From Sumerlaeia bacterium (GTDB lineage Bacteria > Sumerlaeota > Sumerlaeia > MVZB01): a DNA stretch of 64,000 nt. This document shows positions 19,760-29,309 of this stretch, piece by piece; the first letter of the stretch is position 1, and each line of letters opens with the position of its first letter. The translations under genes were made by a program, and so were the position numbers. The notes beneath the pieces are model-generated. The model worked only from the letters and a program-made list of their open reading frames with translations. It had not been told where the DNA came from and did no database searches. The stretch lies in NCBI GenBank assembly GCA_041687335.1, contig JAWLCE010000001.1, positions 168,619 to 232,618 on the forward strand. The letters run 5' to 3'.

Positions 19760-22044
19760 AGATCGCCCTTGTCGCACCCACTCCCGTTCCGCCCGCCTAT
19801 GGCGGCATGGACCGCCTGCTCGATGGCCTGCGCGCCGCGCTGGCCGAGCGCCACCCCACCGACCTCGTCACCGTCGCCGTCGATGAGCGTTCCGCCGAGG
19901 GCGTCCTGCACGGCTACTACGACTTCCACCACCTGGACCTGTCGGCCTACGACCTGGCGATCAGCACCAAGGGCCCTTCCTATATGATTCGCCACCCCGC
20001 CCAGGTGGCCTACCTCAACCACCGCATGCGGGTGTTCTACGACCTCTATCAGCCGCGCGGAGTCGAACACGCGCGCCTGCGCCGGTTGATCCACTGGCTC
20101 GACGGCTGGGGACTGTCCTCCGAGCGCGTGCCATTCATCTTCTGCGTCGGCACGACGGTCCAGCGCCGCCTCCTGCGCTGGGGCGGACACGCGGCGACGG
20201 TGCTGCGGCATCCCTCGACCTTCCAGCCGGCCCCGCCCGCGCGCGGCGAACACCTGCTGGCCGTCGGCCGGCTTCATGAACTCAAGCGCTTTGACCTCAT
20301 CATCCGGGCCCTGCGCGCCAGCCGCGCCGACCTGCCGCTCAAGATCGTCGGCACCGGCCCGGCCGAGCCGGCGCTGCGCGAGCTGGCGGGCAACGACCCG
20401 CGCATCGAATTCCTCGGCCACGTCGGTGAGGAGCCGCTGCGCGAGCTTTACGCCCGCGCGCTGATCTCGGTCTTCACCCCGGTCAATGAGGACCTGGGCC
20501 TCGTCACGCTCGAATCCTTCGCCGCCGGCAAGCCGGTGCTGACCTTGAGCGACGCCGGTGAGCCCGCCGAGATCGTCCAGCCCGGCCGCACCGGTTTCAT
20601 CGTCGCCCCCGAGCCCGCCGCCCTCGCCGAGCGCTACGAATGGGTCGCCGCTCATCGCGCCGAGACCGAGGCGATGGGCGAGGCCTGCCTGGCCGCCGCC
20701 GCCGAGGTCACCTGGGCGCGGCTCGTCGACGCGCTGCTGGGGGCGGGCGAGAAAATCCGCACCCTGCGCCGTTCAGCCCCGGGCAGCGCCCCCCACCGCG
20801 ACCGCCGCATCCACCTGCTCGTCACCGACAACCAGATGATCGATCCCCCCGTCGGCGGCGGTCGCCTGCGCATCTTCGAGCTCTACCGCAACCTGCCCGA
20901 GGGCTTCACCACGACCTTCCTCGGCACGCATGACCACCCCGGCCCCCAGTTCCGCGACCAGTGGCTGACCCCCAACTTCCGCGAGATCGTCATGCCGCTG
21001 ACGATGAAGCATTTCAAGTTCCACGAAATCTGGCGGCGCCTGACCGGCGGCGATGCCACGATCGACGTCACGATCCCGCTGCTGCTGGGCAAGGCCTCGC
21101 CGCGCTACCACGCCCTGCTGGCCGAACTGCTGCCCGCCGCCGACGTCCTCGTCACCGCCCATCCATGGATGATGCCCTTCCTGCCGGGCCGCAATGGCGC
21201 GCACCCGCCGCTGCCGCTGGTCTACGACTCGCAGAACTGCGAGGCCGCCGTCAAGACCCCGCTGCTGCGCCGCACGCTGGCCGGGCGCTACCTCGCCCGC
21301 AACGTCGAGCGGGTCGAGCGCCGCGCCGTCAGCGAGAGCGACCTGGTGCTCGCCTGCAGCCCCGCCGACATCGACCAGTTCCAGTCGCGCTACGGCGCCC
21401 CGGCCGATAAGATCGAGCTGATCGCCAACGGGGTCGACTGCCGCCGCATCCGGCCCGGCGCGGCGGCCGCACGGCCCGCCCTGCGCCGCGAGCTGCACCT
21501 GCCCGAGCGCCCGCTGGCCGTCTTCGTCGCCAGCCCCTATGGACCCAACAATGACGCCACCGACTGGCTGATCAGCGAGCTGGCGCCGCGCCTGCCCGGC
21601 GTGACGATCGGCATCATCGGCGGCGCCGGCCCCGCCTGGCGCGAGCGCCACCCCGGCCGCGAGACCCCGCCGAACGTTCACATCTTCGGCACGGTCGCGC
21701 ACGAGCAGTTGCCGCTGATTTATGCCGCCGCCGACTTGGGCCTCAACCCGGTCTGCCACGGCTCCGGCACCAACATCAAGATGCTCGACTACATGGCAGC
21801 CGGCTTGGCGATGGTCTCCACCGATACCGGCGCGCGCGGCATCGACGGCCGCCCCGGCGAGCACTGGATCGCCGCCCCCACCGATCGCTTCGCCACCGAG
21901 GTCGAGGCGCTGCTGGCCGCCCCCGAACGCATGGCCTCCCTCGGCGCCGCCGCCCGCGCCCTCGCCGAGCGGCACTACGATTGGCCCGTCATCTCCGCCC
22001 GCCTCGCGGTCGCGCTCGAGCGCCTCGTGCGCTCCCGGGCCTGA
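19756..22044 (+). CDS. tandem double glycosyltransferase (two GT4/GT1-type domains fused)
   Basis: Domain 1 has the E-x7-E-like region EPLRELYARALISVFTPVNEDLGLVTLESFAAGKPVL. Domain 2 has EQLPLIYAAADLGLNPVCHGSGTNIKMLDYMAAGLAMV. The ATG at 19756 overlaps the upstream stop (ATGA). Confidence 0.75.
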   Translation: MKIALVAPTPVPPAYGGMDRLLDGLRAALAERHPTDLVTVAVDERSAEGVLHGYYDFHHLDLSAYDLAISTKGPSYMIRHPAQVAYLNHRMRVFYDLYQPRGVEHARLRRLIHWLDGWGLSSERVPFIFCVGTTVQRRLLRWGGHAATVLRHPSTFQPAPPARGEHLLAVGRLHELKRFDLIIRALRASRADLPLKIVGTGPAEPALRELAGNDPRIEFLGHVGEEPLRELYARALISVFTPVNEDLGLVTLESFAAGKPVLTLSDAGEPAEIVQPGRTGFIVAPEPAALAERYEWVAAHRAETEAMGEACLAAAAEVTWARLVDALLGAGEKIRTLRRSAPGSAPHRDRRIHLLVTDNQMIDPPVGGGRLRIFELYRNLPEGFTTTFLGTHDHPGPQFRDQWLTPNFREIVMPLTMKHFKFHEIWRRLTGGDATIDVTIPLLLGKASPRYHALLAELLPAADVLVTAHPWMMPFLPGRNGAHPPLPLVYDSQNCEAAVKTPLLRRTLAGRYLARNVERVERRAVSESDLVLACSPADIDQFQSRYGAPADKIELIANGVDCRRIRPGAAAARPALRRELHLPERPLAVFVASPYGPNNDATDWLISELAPRLPGVTIGIIGGAGPAWRERHPGRETPPNVHIFGTVAHEQLPLIYAAADLGLNPVCHGSGTNIKMLDYMAAGLAMVSTDTGARGIDGRPGEHWIAAPTDRFATEVEALLAAPERMASLGAAARALAERHYDWPVISARLAVALERLVRSRA

Positions 22045-22096
22045 ACCCAGCAGCCGAAGCATGACCCGCGCCCGCGGTTTCTGTTAGCATGAAACC

Positions 22097-23290
22097 ATGA
22101 GCCGCAAACTCGAGCAGCGCCCCCTCGCGCCAAGCCCGGTGGACACCCCCCAGTTCCGCCGCACGCTGGAATACCTGATGGCCCAGCCCTGCCACGAGGG
22201 CAACCGCGTCAGCGAACTGATCAATGGCGACCGGATTTTTCCGGCCATGCTCGCTGCCATCGCCGCCGCCCGCCAAACCATCAACCTGGAGACGTTCATC
22301 TACTGGTCGGGCCGGATCGGCCGAGAATTTACCGAGTTGCTCACCGCCAAGGCCGCCGAGGGAGTTCATGTTCGCGTGCTGCTGGACTGGATCGGCAGCA
22401 ACGAGATTGACATGGAAGAGATCGAGACGATGCGGCGCGCCGGGGCGACGGTGCTGCGCTACCATCAGCCGCACTGGTATCAGCTCGACCGCATCAACAA
22501 TCGCACTCACCGCAAAATTCTCGTCGTGGATGGCCGCGTGGGCTTCACCGGCGGGGTCGGCATCGCTGATCCGTGGCTGGGCGACGCCGAGGCCAGCGGC
22601 CGCTGGCGCGATACCCATTTTAAGGTCGAAGGGCCGGCGGTGGCCTCCATGCAGGGCGCCTTCATGGACAACTGGCTCACCTCGCAGGACGAGGTGCCGC
22701 TGGGCCCCGAGGACTTCCCACCCCTGGAGCCGGTCGGCCACCTGCCGGTCCAGGTCATTAAAAGCTCGCCGCGCGGGGGCAGCGAATCGATGCACCTGAT
22801 GCTGATGCTGGCCATCAGCGCCGCGCGCGAAAGCATCCGCCTGGCTTCCGCCTATCTGATTCCAGATGCCCTCGCCAGCGCCGCGTTGATCGATGCCTGC
22901 CGCCGCGGCGTCAAAGTGAGCATCATCGTGCCCGGCCCCGAGATCGACCATCGCATCGTGCGCCAGTCCTCGATGGCCCGCTGGGGACCGCTGCTGCAGG
23001 CCGGCATCCAGATCCACGAATTCATGCCGACGATGTTTCACTGCAAGCTGCTGATCATCGATGGGCGCTGGGTGTCGGTCGGCTCGGCCAACTTCGACAA
23101 CCGCTCCTTCCGGCTTAACGACGAGATGAACATCAACATATTCGATCCGGACTTCGCGCGCCGTCAGGCCGAGATTTTCGACCACGACCTGACCCGCACC
23201 CGACCCGTCACCTTTGAATCATGGAAACGCCGCCCGCTGCGCGTCAAGCTCGTCAACCATGCGGCCAACCTGGTGGGCCGGCAGCTTTGA
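22097..23290 (+). CDS. phospholipase D-family protein (cardiolipin synthase ClsB-like)
   Basis: Two HKD motifs are present: HRKILVVDGRVGFTGGVGI and HCKLLIIDGRWVSVGSANFDNRS. Confidence 0.8.
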   Translation: MSRKLEQRPLAPSPVDTPQFRRTLEYLMAQPCHEGNRVSELINGDRIFPAMLAAIAAARQTINLETFIYWSGRIGREFTELLTAKAAEGVHVRVLLDWIGSNEIDMEEIETMRRAGATVLRYHQPHWYQLDRINNRTHRKILVVDGRVGFTGGVGIADPWLGDAEASGRWRDTHFKVEGPAVASMQGAFMDNWLTSQDEVPLGPEDFPPLEPVGHLPVQVIKSSPRGGSESMHLMLMLAISAARESIRLASAYLIPDALASAALIDACRRGVKVSIIVPGPEIDHRIVRQSSMARWGPLLQAGIQIHEFMPTMFHCKLLIIDGRWVSVGSANFDNRSFRLNDEMNINIFDPDFARRQAEIFDHDLTRTRPVTFESWKRRPLRVKLVNHAANLVGRQL

Positions 23291-23297
23291 CGTCTGC

Positions 23298-24383
23298 TCA
23301 CTCGCCGCCCAGCCCAACCTGCTCGCCCTCGGCCAGACCGCTGATCACCTCGCGCCAGCCATCGATGACCGACTCGCCCAGCTTGACGTAACGCCGCGTC
23401 GGCGGCCCCTCGGCGGGCACCACCCAGACGAACTGATACTGGCCGATCTGCCGGATCGCCCCCACCGGCGCGAGCAACCGCCGCTCCTGGCCCGAGGGGA
23501 TCATCAGCCGCCCGAACATCCCCGGATATAAATCCGCCCGCTCGGGCAGCGCGACCTTGACCATCATCGAGCGCGAGCCCGGCTCGGCCTGCGGCACGAT
23601 CTCCTCGACGCGCCCCTGCACCGTCGTCGAGATCGCGTCCATGTGCACCGCCAGCGTCATCCCCGGCCGCAGCCCCGCCGCCAGCGATTCACGCACATAC
23701 GCCTCCAGCCGCATGCGCGCCGGGTCGTAAAGCTTGAGGATCGGGGTCCCCGGCATCGCCATGTCGCCGGGCTCAGCATAGCGATCGACGATCCGCCCAT
23801 CAAACGGCGCTTCGATGACCGCATAGCTGGCTCCGGCGCGCGATTCATCCAGCGCCTGCTCGGCGCGGCGCGCCTCGGCCCGGGCCGTCTGCAGCGCCGC
23901 CTCGGCGGCATCGAACTGGGCGCGCGGGATGACCTGTTCAGCGACCAGCGTGCGCATACGCTCGAACTCCCGCTCCGTCTCGGTCAGCCGCGCGCGCGCC
24001 GCCGCCAGCACCTGGCCCGCCTGCTGCTCGCGCGCCGCCAGGTCGCGACTGTCCAGCCGCGCCAGCACCTGCCCGCGCTCGACCCGATCCCCCGAGGCCA
24101 CCTCGATCTCGCCGATCATCGCCATGATGCGCGGGCTGACCAACGCCTCGCGCACCGCCGAGACCGTCCCCGGCGCGCGCTCGACCACCTGCTGCTCGAC
24201 CGCCCGCACGGCCACGACCTCCTCGAACGCGGGCGTCTCCGGCGCCGCCGCCTCAACCCTCCCCGGCTGCGTCTTGTCGGTAAAGTAACCCGCCAGCAGC
24301 GCGAGGATCAGCACCAGCAGGACCGCGCCGCCCAGCCAGAGGGCCAGAGTTTTAACGATGTTGAGGAGCTTCTCGGCTTTCAT
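23298..24383 (-). CDS. efflux transporter periplasmic adaptor (HlyD/membrane fusion protein family)
   Basis: An N-terminal TM anchor is followed by a coiled-coil (LAAREQQAGQVLAAARARLTETEREFERMR) and beta-barrel regions. A strong RBS AAGGAGA precedes the ATG at 24383. Confidence 0.75.
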   Translation of the reverse strand: MKAEKLLNIVKTLALWLGGAVLLVLILALLAGYFTDKTQPGRVEAAAPETPAFEEVVAVRAVEQQVVERAPGTVSAVREALVSPRIMAMIGEIEVASGDRVERGQVLARLDSRDLAAREQQAGQVLAAARARLTETEREFERMRTLVAEQVIPRAQFDAAEAALQTARAEARRAEQALDESRAGASYAVIEAPFDGRIVDRYAEPGDMAMPGTPILKLYDPARMRLEAYVRESLAAGLRPGMTLAVHMDAISTTVQGRVEEIVPQAEPGSRSMMVKVALPERADLYPGMFGRLMIPSGQERRLLAPVGAIRQIGQYQFVWVVPAEGPPTRRYVKLGESVIDGWREVISGLAEGEQVGLGGE

Positions 24384-24485
24384 TTCTGTCGTTCTCCTTG
24401 AGCGAGCGGATGGCGGGGTGGATACATGCGCAATGCCCGCCAGTTTGATATTATTCACGGCCTGTTTAACATTGTTAAAATCCGC

Positions 24486-24514
24486 TTGACTTTCATTTTG
24501 TTGAGTCATATTTT
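24486..24514 (+). promoter_or_regulatory. putative sigma70 promoter (TTGACT-N17-TATTTT) in AT-rich patch upstream of DUF2089-like gene
   Basis: TTGACT at 24486-24491 and TATTTT at 24509-24514 sit in a locally AT-rich intergenic stretch, ~20 nt upstream of the RBS AGGAGCG. Confidence 0.3.
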
Positions 24515-24539
24515 CATATTATTGAACCAGGAGCGTAAC

Positions 24540-24848
24540 ATGATTGATGGCATGCCAAGCTGGCTGACTGAATTGAACGAGGAGGAACTGAACTTCATCA
24601 AACGATTCCTCCTGCTGTCCGGTTCCTTGAAAAGCCTTGCCGCGGAATATGGGGTGAGCTACCCGACGGTGCGAGTCCGGCTGGACCGGCTGATCGAGAA
24701 GGTACGTGTACTGGATGAGCCGGCGCCGAAATCCCACATCCACCGCAGGCTGAAGCTGTTGGTCGCCGAAGGACGCATTGATACCGCGACGGCGCGCGCC
24801 ATCCTGCGCGCCCACGAAAAGACGCTTGCTGAGGAGACCGGGAAATGA
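24540..24848 (+). CDS. DUF2089-like helix-turn-helix protein (lacks the N-terminal Zn-ribbon)
   Basis: LTELNEEELNFIKRFLLLSGSLKSLAAEYGVSYPTVRVRLDRLIEKV resembles the DUF2089 HTH core as I recall it. RBS AGGAGCG before the ATG at 24540. Confidence 0.5.
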   Translation: MIDGMPSWLTELNEEELNFIKRFLLLSGSLKSLAAEYGVSYPTVRVRLDRLIEKVRVLDEPAPKSHIHRRLKLLVAEGRIDTATARAILRAHEKTLAEETGK

Positions 24849-25060
24849 ATGGCATTCTCATGCTTACCTGCGCCGTTATTGCGATGAAGTGGGCGATGGA
24901 GCTTGGCTTCGGCCAACTGCGCCAGATCCTTTGGGGTATTGGCGGCTTGATTCTGGGTCCCTTGGTACTGCTGATCCTTTACGTCCGAATGCTCTACAAG
25001 CAGATTAAACAGCGTCGCAGCGAGAAGGAACTGACAAGGTCGCTCGCCGAGGATTTGTAA
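24845..25060 (+). CDS. small two-TM membrane protein (DUF2089 partner)
   Basis: A 71-aa hydrophobic ORF. Its ATG overlaps the upstream stop (ATGA), a typical arrangement for the small membrane partner of DUF2089 proteins. Confidence 0.4.
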   Translation: MNGILMLTCAVIAMKWAMELGFGQLRQILWGIGGLILGPLVLLILYVRMLYKQIKQRRSEKELTRSLAEDL

Positions 25061-25112
25061 TGGTTTTGTCTCCTCGCGCCCTTGGCTCACTTTGCGTTTT
25101 TGCGTGAACTCC

Positions 25113-28100
25113 TCATTCCTCCCGCTCCTTCGGCAGCCCGTGCCGCGGGTCGCGCGCGTAGACCAAATTGTAGGCCACCGGGATCACGCCCAGCGTGAAC
25201 AGCGTCGAGGCCGCCACGCCAAAGATGATCGACCACGCCAGCCCGCTGAAGATCGGGTCCAGCGTGATGACGATGTTGCCCAGCAGCGTCGTCCCCGCCG
25301 TCAGGAAGATCGGCCGCGTGCGGATCGCCCCCGACTGCACCAGCGCCTCCTCCAGCGCCATCCCCTGGCGCAGCGCATCGTGGATGAACTCGACCAGGAT
25401 GACCGAATTGCGCACGACGATCCCCGCCAGCGCGATCATGCCGATCATCGCCGTCGCCGTGAAGAAGGTCGGGTTGGGCAGCCCGGCGACGCTCCCCTCG
25501 CCCAGGTTGTTGAGCAGCCAGAACCCCGGCATGATCCCGATCATCACCAGCGGGATCGAGGTGATCATGATCCCCGACAGCACCGCCGACCCCGTCTGGA
25601 TCAGCAGCACGAAGAAGATGCCGATCACCGCCGCCCCGAACGCCAGCCCCAGGTCGCGGAAGACATCGATCGTGATCTTCCACTCGCCCTCACCGGCCCA
25701 GTTGACGCTTGTGCCGGCCGGCAGGCTCCAGGGGATGCCGCCGCCGGGCGCGAAGTAGGTGCGGCCCGCAACCGGTCGCGGGTCCGCCGCCACACCCGGC
25801 TTCAGGTCGGCCCCCACGTCCAGCACCACGTCGGCCGGCGCCCGCCCCGCCGTGTCGGCAAACACATACGCCACCCGCCGCAGGTTCTTGTGATAGATCG
25901 TCTGGTCCACCGTGCTCATCTCAAACGAGCCGATCTCGCCCAGTTGGACCATCGGCTGGGGCGCGTCGCGCAGCTGGCCACCCTCGCGCAGCTTCAGGAT
26001 CCCCGGCCGCCCCTTGACGAACAGCGCCCCCAGCGAGTCCGCATCCGAGCGCAGCGGCCGCGCCAGCCGCAGCACGATCGGCAGCGGGTGCGCCTCGGTC
26101 GCCAGGTTGAGCGTCGTCGCCGGCAGCCCCGCCACCGCCAGCGCCAGCGTCTGCGCAATCTCCTCGGTCCCCACCCCCGACAGCGCCGCCTTCTCCTTGT
26201 CGGCCGAAAAGACCAGCCGCGCCTGATCAGCCTCCACCGAGCTGTCGACATCGACCACCAGCGGCTCGGCGCGCAGCCGCTCGGCCGCCGTCAGCGCCGC
26301 CTGCTGCAGCGTCTCATAGGGCAGATCGTCGCGGCCGTAGACCTCGCCGGTCAGCGTCGCGATCACCGGCGGCCCCGGCGGCAGCTCGACCAATTGAATC
26401 GACGCCCCGTGCGCCGCCGCCACGGCCTCCAACTCGCCGCGGATGCGCAGCAGCAGCTCGTGCGACTGCTGGGCGCGCCGGCTCTTGTGCAGCAGATTGA
26501 CGCGCAGGTCGGCGACGTTGGACCCCTCGCGCAGGAAGTAATGGCGCACCATGCCGTTGAAGTCCATCGGAGACGAAAGCCCGACGAACGCCGTGAAATG
26601 CGTTACCTCGGGCACCCTGCGCAGCCGGTCCCCCAGCGCCCGCGCCACCGCTTCGGTGCGCTCCAGCGTCGTCCCCTCCGGCATGTCGATGATGACTTGG
26701 AACTCGTTCTTGTTGTCGAAGGGCAGCATCTTGAGCGGCACCAGACGGAAGGCCACCAGCGCCAGCGCGACCACGAACAGCAGTCCGATCACTCCAAGAA
26801 ACGCCCACCCGGCCGCCCGCCGGCGCAGCAGCGGCCGCAGCAGGAAATCATAGATCCGATAGATCGGCGCCTGCCGAATGTCCGGCTCCTGCTCGCCCGC
26901 CACCGGCGGCTCGAGCGCCAGCCGCGCCACGAACGGCGTCACGCAGAACGCCACGACCGTGCTGATCATGACCGCGATCGGCACGTTGAGCGCCATCGGC
27001 CGCATGTAGGGCCCCATCATCCCGGTGATGAAGAACATCGGCGAGAACGAGAGCACGATCGCCACCGTCGACATGATCAGCGCCCAGCGGATCTCATAAA
27101 TCGCACGCACGATCGAACGCCGCGGCGTCCACTTGCCGATCCGGTAATACCGCATGATGTTCTCGAGGTGCGTGATCGGATCATCCACCAGCAGGCCCAG
27201 CGAGAGGATCAGCGCGAACAGCGTCACCCGGTTGATCGTGTAGCCCGCCACCAGGTTGACCAGCAGCGTCGCCCCATAGGTCACCGGCACCGCCAGCGCA
27301 ATCACCAGCGCCGCCCGCCAGCCCAGCACCAGGCCGATGAAGATCACCACCGTCAGGACCGCCACGCCCAGCGAGCCGACCAGCTCGTCGACCTTCTCAT
27401 TGGCGGTCTCGCCATAGTTGCGCGTGATCGTGATGTGCACGCCCGCCGGCAACAACTCCCGCGTCGCCTCGGCCAGCTTCGCCTCCACGTCGCGCGCCAC
27501 CCAGACCGCATTGGTCCCGCGCTTTTTCGCCACCGCCAGCGAGACGGCCGGATAATATTCCGGGTCTGCCGGCTCCTGCCGCCCACCCGGCCCCCAACCG
27601 ATCCAGGTATAGTTCACCGGCTCGTCGGGCCCGTCGATCACCCGCGCCACGTCGCGCAGGTAAACCGGGATGCCATCGACAACGTTGACCACCAGGTTCT
27701 CAAGCTGGCGCACGCCAGACAGAAACGTACCGGCCTCCAGCCTTATCTCGCGATCGGCCCCCTCGATCGCCCCCGCCGGCAACTGCACGTTGTGCACCCC
27801 CAGCGCCCAGGCAACCTCCAGCGGCGCCGTCCGGCGGGCCGCCAGCGCATCGGGGATCAGCTCGATGCGCACGACGCGCGGCCGCCCCCCGTGGATGGTC
27901 ACTCGATTGGTGTTGGGGATCGCCTGCAGCTCGATCTCGAGTTCCTCGGCCAGCCGCCTCAGTTCATGGTCACCCAGCCGTTCCGGCTCCTCGCTCCACA
28001 GCGTCGCCACCACGATCGGCACGTCATCGATCTCAACCGGCTTGACCACCCACGAAGCCACCGACGGCGGCACCTGGTCTCGATGCGACTCCAGCTTGCC

Positions 28101-28493
28101 GAAAATCTTAACCAAACTGTCTTCGCGGTTCTCGCCGACATGGAACCGCACCGTAACGATCGCCCCCCCCGACCGCGACATCGAATAGACATATTCGACG
28201 CCGTCAATCTGGTAGAGCAGCTTTTCTAGGGGAATGGTCACCTGCCGCTCGACCTGGCGCGCCGACAGCCCCGGCGCGTCGATCAGCACGTCCGCCAGCG
28301 GCACGACGATCTGCGGCTCCTCCTCGCGCGGGGTCAGCCACAGCGCCGCCACCCCCGCCAGCAGCGAAAAAACGATGATCAGCAGCGGCAAAGGCCCATC
28401 AAGGAAGGCCTCAACGATCCGCACGCTCACCCCCGTGGGCTCCGGCCCCGCAGGGTCATTCTCGCGCGGATCTTCTGGCGGGCTCATCGGCAT
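25113..28493 (-). CDS. RND-family efflux transporter permease (AcrB/CzcA-like)
   Basis: 1126 aa with twelve TM segments and two large periplasmic loops, matching the characteristic RND architecture and repeated halves. The antisense 1045-aa ORF is an R/H/Q-rich shadow. Confidence 0.9.
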   Translation of the reverse strand: MPMSPPEDPRENDPAGPEPTGVSVRIVEAFLDGPLPLLIIVFSLLAGVAALWLTPREEEPQIVVPLADVLIDAPGLSARQVERQVTIPLEKLLYQIDGVEYVYSMSRSGGAIVTVRFHVGENREDSLVKIFGKLESHRDQVPPSVASWVVKPVEIDDVPIVVATLWSEEPERLGDHELRRLAEELEIELQAIPNTNRVTIHGGRPRVVRIELIPDALAARRTAPLEVAWALGVHNVQLPAGAIEGADREIRLEAGTFLSGVRQLENLVVNVVDGIPVYLRDVARVIDGPDEPVNYTWIGWGPGGRQEPADPEYYPAVSLAVAKKRGTNAVWVARDVEAKLAEATRELLPAGVHITITRNYGETANEKVDELVGSLGVAVLTVVIFIGLVLGWRAALVIALAVPVTYGATLLVNLVAGYTINRVTLFALILSLGLLVDDPITHLENIMRYYRIGKWTPRRSIVRAIYEIRWALIMSTVAIVLSFSPMFFITGMMGPYMRPMALNVPIAVMISTVVAFCVTPFVARLALEPPVAGEQEPDIRQAPIYRIYDFLLRPLLRRRAAGWAFLGVIGLLFVVALALVAFRLVPLKMLPFDNKNEFQVIIDMPEGTTLERTEAVARALGDRLRRVPEVTHFTAFVGLSSPMDFNGMVRHYFLREGSNVADLRVNLLHKSRRAQQSHELLLRIRGELEAVAAAHGASIQLVELPPGPPVIATLTGEVYGRDDLPYETLQQAALTAAERLRAEPLVVDVDSSVEADQARLVFSADKEKAALSGVGTEEIAQTLALAVAGLPATTLNLATEAHPLPIVLRLARPLRSDADSLGALFVKGRPGILKLREGGQLRDAPQPMVQLGEIGSFEMSTVDQTIYHKNLRRVAYVFADTAGRAPADVVLDVGADLKPGVAADPRPVAGRTYFAPGGGIPWSLPAGTSVNWAGEGEWKITIDVFRDLGLAFGAAVIGIFFVLLIQTGSAVLSGIMITSIPLVMIGIMPGFWLLNNLGEGSVAGLPNPTFFTATAMIGMIALAGIVVRNSVILVEFIHDALRQGMALEEALVQSGAIRTRPIFLTAGTTLLGNIVITLDPIFSGLAWSIIFGVAASTLFTLGVIPVAYNLVYARDPRHGLPKEREE

Positions 28494-28657
28494 GTTCCTG
28501 CGGCGGGATCAACGAACGGAAAGGGCGCCACCCATTCCGGATATTTGGACGCTCCAGACTGATTATCCTGACATCCGGCTTGGGGAACCAGAAATTTTCC
28601 CCCTTGCTCTCGCCGCTCTACTATAATTCAGCGCAACCATTTTGAGGTGAATGGCCG

Positions 28658-29224
28658 ATGGAACTCCCTCCGCAGTCGGAAAAAGAAAAGATGCTCGCCG
28701 GCGAACTCTACATCGCCGCCGATCCCGAGCTGGCCGCCGAACGCCTGCGCGCCCGCGAGTTGCTGGCGCAATACAACGCCAGTCCGCCTGCCGACCCCGC
28801 CCTGCGCCGCGCCCTGCTCGACCAACTGCTCGGCGGTCACGGCGAGCGCATCGAAATCGAGCCGCCTTTTTACTGCGACTACGGCTCCCACATCTTCGCC
28901 GGCGATAATCTCTACATGAACTTCGGCTGCGTCGTGCTCGATTGCAACCGCATCACCCTCGGCCGCAACGTCTTCTGCGGTCCCGGCGTTCAGCTCCTGG
29001 CCGCCCACCACCCGCTCGACCCGCGCCAGCGCACCGCGGGGCCCGAGCTCGCCTCGCCCATTTCCATTGGCTCGGATGTCTGGCTCGGCGGCGGGGTGAT
29101 CGTCTGCCCCGGCGTGACCATCGGCGAGGGCACGACCATCGGCGCCGGCAGCGTCGTCACGCGCGACATCCCGCCCCGCGTGCTCGCCGCCGGCAACCCT
29201 TGCCGCGTCATCCGCCAGCTCTGA
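28658..29224 (+). CDS. sugar O-acetyltransferase (Maa/LacA hexapeptide-repeat family)
   Basis: The N-terminus LAGELYIAADPELAAERLRARELLAQYN and a left-handed beta-helix hexapeptide region (GDNLYMNFGCVVLD...IGSDVWLGGGVIVCPGVTIGEGTTIGAGSVV) are present. Confidence 0.8.
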   Translation: MELPPQSEKEKMLAGELYIAADPELAAERLRARELLAQYNASPPADPALRRALLDQLLGGHGERIEIEPPFYCDYGSHIFAGDNLYMNFGCVVLDCNRITLGRNVFCGPGVQLLAAHHPLDPRQRTAGPELASPISIGSDVWLGGGVIVCPGVTIGEGTTIGAGSVVTRDIPPRVLAAGNPCRVIRQL

Positions 29225-29309
29225 TGCCAACTCAGAATAAACGTGGTGTGGCGCATGACATTTCTGCAACATCAACGATCGGCGGTGCGTCTTCTAGTGA
29301 AGGCGAGGC

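Noticed and set aside
20773-22062. 429-aa minus-strand ORF opposite the double glycosyltransferase
   Set aside because: Antisense to a CDS with two clear GT4 domains. Gly/Ala/Asp-rich low complexity.
25092-28229. 1045-aa plus-strand ORF opposite the RND permease
   Set aside because: Extremely Arg/His/Gln/Pro-rich low-complexity translation antisense to a 12-TM RND transporter with strong family features. This is a GC-skew artefact.
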